From assembly GCA_964643685.1 (NCBI GenBank), contig CAZXTN010000003.1:15895-79894 (forward strand): a stretch of DNA of 64,000 bases, in the 5' to 3' direction. Positions 59,337 through 64,000 of this stretch are shown here, piece by piece; the first letter of the stretch is position 1; every line of letters starts with the position of its first letter. Source of the DNA: Candidatus Micrarchaeota archaeon. GTDB lineage: Archaea; B1Sed10-29; JAJRYS01. The notes beneath the pieces are model-generated. The model ran no database searches. It saw nothing but the letters and a program-made list of their open reading frames with translations, and had not been told where the DNA came from. The translations under genes and the position numbers were made by a program.

Positions 59337-60656
59337 TTAAGTTTCCAAAAGGTTCTGGATAAAACCCTTCTTCTTTAGTTTTAGATGATAAATGTCCTCC
59401 CAATACCTGTCTTTAATTTCTTTGAAATTTTTCTCAAAATCCTCAACTCCCTGAGTAGTTACAAGTTTAGCAACTTCCTTTTTAGGTATAACTCCAGCAG
59501 CGCTTAACAAACCAATGGCTTTAATATCCTGTAATCTTTCAGAATTTTCTTTTTCTTCAAACAAGTCATTCAATTCACTTCTCAAATAAACCCTTTTCGT
59601 TTCATCCTTTATTTCTTTCAAAACATCTGGTAGTATATACGTTTCTGCCAACTTAGCTTGCAATTCCCTCTGCTCTTTAGTCAACAAAGTTTTAGTTTTA
59701 GTCTTCTTTCTTAAAAAATTATTAACTTCTTCATCCCTCTTATCTGCTATTTCATTTCTTTTTTCAATTAATTTACTTATTTTTCTTGGATTAACCTCTT
59801 TTTGCCTTAATTTATAAATTTTCATATCCACTTTTTGAATTTCTTCATCATATTTTTTTCTAATTGAATTAACTTCTCTTTGCAAATTAACATTTAAATT
59901 TCTTTCAAGTTTGTTTCTAATCCTCTCTTGAGCTTCATGAGTCTTCTCATGGACAAAAACACTAAGAGTCCCCCTAGAACTTTCACCAAAAACATTTGGA
60001 TAAGGTTCAACAGTAACTTTTTGAACAGGGGCATACTTAGACATTTGAGCTAAAGTTCTATTACTATGAAACTCAGCAATTTTAGGCCCTTCAAAACCCC
60101 TTTCAGCTAGTTCTTCATAAGTGCTTCTTTGCATTTCGCCACGGGCAACCATTTCATCAGCAGTTTTTTTAATTAAATTTTTATCCCAAGCACGAGGATC
60201 CCTTGGATTAACCCCTGCTTTATTAACCATTGATCTAATTTCATTCAAAGAACGCGAATAATCCCTCTCAGGCATCAAACCCACAGTAACTGTCAAATCA
60301 GGATGAACACGAGAAGCTTCACTTGGAATAAAATGCTTTCCAGGAGTCAATTTAACTTCTTGCCCCGACTCCTTAAACAAATCTTCCAATTTCCTAGTAA
60401 AAACAGGACCCATCTCACTCAAAAGCCTCTGTCCCTTAATTTCAGCTCGTCTAGTTTCATCTTCAACTCTGCGATCAATCTCTGACTGCATTTTTTCTAA
60501 AAAACCACTAACCCTTTCTCTCTTCTCAGCTAAAGAAATTCCATCCCTTCTCCTCTCCTCTATAGCTCTTTTATTATTAACACTAGGAGCAGAAGCATTA
60601 GCTGCAACCTTCGGGGGCTGCTGAGGCTTCGTTTTTCTCTTTCCAAAAAAAGGCAT
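59337..60656 (-). CDS. orphan protein with HExxH zincin-like motif
   Basis: VFVHEKTHEAQ followed later by ELQA. Confidence 0.65.
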   Translation of the reverse strand: MPFFGKRKTKPQQPPKVAANASAPSVNNKRAIEERRRDGISLAEKRERVSGFLEKMQSEIDRRVEDETRRAEIKGQRLLSEMGPVFTRKLEDLFKESGQEVKLTPGKHFIPSEASRVHPDLTVTVGLMPERDYSRSLNEIRSMVNKAGVNPRDPRAWDKNLIKKTADEMVARGEMQRSTYEELAERGFEGPKIAEFHSNRTLAQMSKYAPVQKVTVEPYPNVFGESSRGTLSVFVHEKTHEAQERIRNKLERNLNVNLQREVNSIRKKYDEEIQKVDMKIYKLRQKEVNPRKISKLIEKRNEIADKRDEEVNNFLRKKTKTKTLLTKEQRELQAKLAETYILPDVLKEIKDETKRVYLRSELNDLFEEKENSERLQDIKAIGLLSAAGVIPKKEVAKLVTTQGVEDFEKNFKEIKDRYWEDIYHLKLKKKGFIQNLLET

Positions 60657-60809
60657 AATAGATATATAAATAAAGGAATATAAAAGTATACAGGAAATTA
60701 ATCAACCTTTACCTAAATTATTCAAATCCCCTTCATTTTCTTTAAAAACAGATAGATTGAAAAAATTAAAGAAATAACCTTCAATTCTTACAATATGAAG
60801 TAAAAAAAA

Positions 60810-60935
60810 CTACTTCTCCTTGATTTTCAAAACAGTATAATCAAAAACAATTTCTTCGTGCTTTAACTGCAACTGCTTCTTGTTCTTGTAAACTTGCTCC
60901 CAATCAAAATATTCTAACACCCCTTTACACCCCAT
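60810..60935 (-). CDS. putative small protein (~36-41 aa)
   Basis: (MGCKG)VLEYFDWEQVYKNKKQLQLKHEEIVFDYTVLKIKEK*, coupled to the rnhB stop. Confidence 0.35.
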   Translation of the reverse strand: MGCKGVLEYFDWEQVYKNKKQLQLKHEEIVFDYTVLKIKEK

Positions 60936-61582
60936 TAAAAATCACTTAAACTGCTTTGCTTCTTCTCTTTCTTCAAACGACGCGCGGTTTCCCACGAGTA
61001 TCTAATGAAAGGCAGTTCCTTGTTCACGTTTTCAATCATGAACTTTTTCGTCTTAGGGTCAGCTGGATAACCACTTCCTAAATCACCGTAAGTTTGTTTT
61101 AATTTTTCAATTTCCCTATCCCTAATCACCTTAGCAATAATGGAAGCACTTGAAACAGCTGGGTACTTCGCATCAGCCTTATGCTCAGCCCTCACTTCTG
61201 CTTTGATGTCAACGTACTTTGAAATCCTCCTGATAAAACCATAACCAGTTGGGTCAGGCAAGTCAATCAAAATCAAATCAGGTTCAGTCTTAAACTTCTT
61301 AATCAACTCAGCTATTTTCAAAGCTTCCAGTTCATTCAAGCTCATTTTCTTGCGTTGCCTGTCAATCTCAGAAGCTGAAATTTTAACATAATGAGTTTCA
61401 ACTGCAAACTCCTTAACCTTGTCAAACAAAAACTCTCTTCTCTTAGGAGAAATAAGCTTAGAATCGCGGATGTTCAATTCCTTAGCTATTGCTTCCTCTT
61501 CTTCACGCATCAAAACGCCTGCTAAAACCATCGGCCCGATTACTGGACCTCTGCCCGCCTCATCTATGCCTAAAACCAACAT
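60935..61582 (-). CDS. rnhB: ribonuclease HII
   Basis: GIDEAGRGPVIGP, DSK, HKAD, AASI.AKV.RD-like, GSGYP.DP.T. Confidence 0.97.
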   Translation of the reverse strand: MLVLGIDEAGRGPVIGPMVLAGVLMREEEEAIAKELNIRDSKLISPKRREFLFDKVKEFAVETHYVKISASEIDRQRKKMSLNELEALKIAELIKKFKTEPDLILIDLPDPTGYGFIRRISKYVDIKAEVRAEHKADAKYPAVSSASIIAKVIRDREIEKLKQTYGDLGSGYPADPKTKKFMIENVNKELPFIRYSWETARRLKKEKKQSSLSDF

Positions 61583-61681
61583 TCAAAACAAACCTTTATT
61601 AAATTCAACAATAACTTTAATAAACGCGCAGGAATAAAAACAATAAGGTAAGAGCAAAACACTAAAAGGAGGAGAAAAAAC

Positions 61682-61939
61682 ATGCAGGGAATAATAGTAA
61701 GTTTCAGAAGAGGAAGAAGAACAGTGCAGCCAAACCATGCTTTAATAGAAGCCAAGGAAGTGAAAACAAGAGTAGATGTCACTAAATTAATTGGAAAAAA
61801 AGTAGAGCTTCCAATCAAAAACGGTAAAATCACTGGAAAAATCGCTTCAGCTCACGGCAATAAAGGAGTAATGAGAGCAGTTTTCAAAAAAGCAATTACA
61901 AACGACATGATTGGAAAAAAAGTCACAATAAGCGAGTGA
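61682..61939 (+). CDS. rpl35ae: 50S ribosomal protein L35Ae (eL33)
   Basis: G.I..FRRG, LIGKKV, GKI...HGNKG..RA.F. Confidence 0.92.
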   Translation: MQGIIVSFRRGRRTVQPNHALIEAKEVKTRVDVTKLIGKKVELPIKNGKITGKIASAHGNKGVMRAVFKKAITNDMIGKKVTISE

Positions 61940-61949
61940 GTGAGTTTAA

Positions 61950-63029
61950 TTGCTTAAAACCAAAACAATCAAAGAAGGTGAAATTGAATTAATTGTTCCA
62001 GAGCTTGGTGAAAACCAAGTGCCGGAACAAGGACTAGTTTTTTACAACCCAAAAATGGGATTTAACAGGACAAACTCAGTTGAAGTTCTAAACACTTATT
62101 TTAAAAAACCAGGCGAAGAAGTGAAAGTATTGGATTTGCTAAGCGCTACTGGAGCAAGGGCAGTTCGCTACGCAAAAGAAGCAAAAGTGCCTGTGAAAGT
62201 GTTTGCTAATGACGTGCAACCATCAGCAGTAAAATTAATTAAAAAAAATGCTGAATTAAACAAGGTTAAAATTAACATAAGCAACTTGGAAGGCAACAAG
62301 TTTTTAATTGACAACAAGCTGGAGTACTTTGATTTCATTGACATTGACCCTTTCGGCAGTCCAATTAATTTCATTTCAAATGCGCTGCAGGCAATCAAAG
62401 CCAAAGGAGGCTTGGTTGGCTTAACTGCAACTGACACTGGGACTCTTGCTGGAATTTATGAAAAAGCCTGCTTTAAGAGATACGGAATCATAAGCAGGAG
62501 AAGCAGTTTCAAGCACGAGCTTGGATTAAGGAACTTGATTGCTAGTTTTGTTAAAATCGCTTACCAGCATGACTTAACTGCACGCCCTTATTTTTCTTAT
62601 CACTCAATTCACTACAACCGCGTGTTTATGGAAACTCTCGGAGGAGGGAAAGAAATGCGCAGGCAATTGAAAAACCTTGGCTTCATCAAGTACTGTCCTA
62701 AATGCGAGAGAAGAGAATTGATTCCTTATAATAAAGAATTTGAAAGGAAATGCGAATGCGGAGATAATGCCTTGATTTTTGGAATTACTTGGATCGGCAA
62801 ATTAGCTGAACAGCCTTTCTTTTTAGAAAAAGAAGAAATTGAAATCAAACAACCTTATTACAACATAAGCGCTTTGACTAAGATTTACAAGAAGCAAAGC
62901 AATAAGAAAAAAAGCATAATTGAATCTTTGCAGGAAATTGGTTACAAGGCAAGCTCAACTCATTTTGAAGGGCATGGTTTGAAAACCAACGCGCCTTATG
63001 AAAAACTAGTTGAAAAGATAATCAAATAA
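61950..63029 (+). CDS. trm1: tRNA (guanine-26-N2)-dimethyltransferase Trm1
   Basis: VFYNP.M..NR, LSATG.R..RY, DIDPFGSP, TATD, HELGLR. Confidence 0.93.
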   Translation: MLKTKTIKEGEIELIVPELGENQVPEQGLVFYNPKMGFNRTNSVEVLNTYFKKPGEEVKVLDLLSATGARAVRYAKEAKVPVKVFANDVQPSAVKLIKKNAELNKVKINISNLEGNKFLIDNKLEYFDFIDIDPFGSPINFISNALQAIKAKGGLVGLTATDTGTLAGIYEKACFKRYGIISRRSSFKHELGLRNLIASFVKIAYQHDLTARPYFSYHSIHYNRVFMETLGGGKEMRRQLKNLGFIKYCPKCERRELIPYNKEFERKCECGDNALIFGITWIGKLAEQPFFLEKEEIEIKQPYYNISALTKIYKKQSNKKKSIIESLQEIGYKASSTHFEGHGLKTNAPYEKLVEKIIK

Positions 63030-63041
63030 TTAATTTGATTT

Positions 63042-63581
63042 TCAGTCAAACAAAGAGTAAACTGCTGCAATCAAAGCAAAGAACAAAAGCAATATAAGCA
63101 ATGCTTTGATTAAATCTTCTTCATTTAATGTTTTGAAAGGAGAAGAATTTGACTTGCGTGTTTTTGAATAATTGGATTTTAGCTTTTTTTCAATGAATTT
63201 TTTAATTTCTTCAGGAGCAGCTCCTTCTGCTCTGAGTTCTTCAATTTTTTCAATAATTTCATCTATTTTTTTCAAGGAAGTCAAACGCTTTACTTTCATT
63301 TCCACCCCATACTGATTCAAGTAAGCTTCAAGCGTGATTCTCTTTTCAGTTTTACCTAGCCTTTCAGCAAAGCGTCTTCTATTCAATATCTCTTCTTGTT
63401 CTGCTTTTGAAGCAGGATTATTACTTACCTCTTCTTTTATTTTTTTAAGAGTTTTTTTCCTTGCTGTAATTGGAATTCTTTTTGTTAAACTAAGATTTTG
63501 CTTCAATTCTGCTCTTAATTTCCCTTTTTCAGTTAAAGTTGATAATTTTTTTAATGCTCTTTTAGTTCTCTCTAATGCCAT
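63042..63581 (-). CDS. orphan basic protein with C-terminal TM anchor
   Basis: 179-aa ORF ending in a hydrophobic helix. Confidence 0.65.
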   Translation of the reverse strand: MALERTKRALKKLSTLTEKGKLRAELKQNLSLTKRIPITARKKTLKKIKEEVSNNPASKAEQEEILNRRRFAERLGKTEKRITLEAYLNQYGVEMKVKRLTSLKKIDEIIEKIEELRAEGAAPEEIKKFIEKKLKSNYSKTRKSNSSPFKTLNEEDLIKALLILLLFFALIAAVYSLFD

Positions 63582-63682
63582 TATAATTCATAATTAAACA
63601 AAGTAATGTTTATAAATCATTAGCATTACAATAAAAAAGCAGCTGCTACTCTCTTTTTTAAAAAAAAAGCAACTGCAGAAAA

Positions 63683-63757
63683 GGGCCGCTAGCTTAGTCT
63701 GGTTGGAGCATTCGACTGATAATCGAAAGGTCGGGAGTTCAAATCTCCTGCGGCCCA
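63683..63757 (+). tRNA. tRNA-Ile(GAT)
   Basis: GGGCCGC/GCGGCCC acceptor, TTCGA-CTGATAA-TCGAA anticodon arm, GTTCAAATC. Confidence 0.95.
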
Positions 63758-63977
63758 CTTAACAAAACCAAAAAAAACAAAAACAAATTTTTTCTTTTAG
63801 GGCGTGTTTTTCTCTTTATCAAAAAAAGACAGCTAAGCGAAGCGCATGCTGTCTGCAGGGGAATCAGGAAGAACTTGAAACTGAAGGGGGCAGCCAGCCC
63901 CCTGCGGTTAAGTGAGGATCTCCTGCGGCCCACTTAACAAAACCAAAAAAAAACAAAAACAAATTTTTTCTTTAGGG
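63743..63977 (+). repeat. 60-bp direct repeat (63743-63802 vs 63918-63977) of the tRNA-Ile 3' end plus trailer, flanking family-A element copy 4 (63827-63907)
   Basis: ATCTCCTGCGGCCCACTTAACAAAACC...TTTAGGG twice, differing only in homopolymer lengths. Confidence 0.93.
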
Positions 63978-64000
63978 AGAATTAAAAAAAAGGATTAAAT

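Noticed and set aside
63739-63933. 64-aa ORF on the minus strand
   Set aside because: Runs through the tRNA end and repeat element; no coding features.
10890-63977. CRISPR array
   Set aside because: Repeats are dispersed single copies or pairs with no regular repeat-spacer period, and no cas genes are present.
63743-63977. Prophage/integrative island at tRNA-Ile
   Set aside because: The direct repeats enclose only 115 bp and no integrase is in the window; kept only as an alternative (collapsed att scar).

Overview
Low-GC archaeal chromosomal window, most consistent with a DPANN-type archaeon (archaeal core genes, bacterial-type MetK, many charged orphan ORFs; the taxonomy is inferred). Housekeeping content: KEOPS Cgi121, eS8, Gar1, TFB, CTP synthase, the exosome/proteasome superoperon (eL15-Rpp30-Pop5-PsmA-SBDS-Rrp4-Rrp41-Rrp42-eL43-Rpo12-Brix-PfdB), uL16, Lsm, MinD, aIF5A, ProRS-ValRS-IleRS, thermosome, RNase HII, eL33, Trm1, and three tRNAs (Leu-GAG, Ile-GAT, and Ala-GGC with a non-canonical D-loop intron). 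The most unusual signal is non-coding. Several families of short palindromic intergenic elements, many built on GCGAAGC/GNA-type mini-hairpins, sit at gene ends. At five sites a ~50-170 bp palindromic insert is flanked by a direct duplication of a gene terminus: HTH regulator 3' end, aIF5A 3' end, valS 5' end, valS 3' end and tRNA-Ile 3' end. In three of these the spare copy differs from the working gene only at synonymous positions (aIF5A: RRFLTHAKKE* encoded twice, 8 of 10 codons recoded). This suggests a non-autonomous element that inserts just inside genes and brings a replacement gene end from a divergent allele. No transposase, integrase, RT or Cas gene was recognised in the window. All calls were made by eye without database searches.
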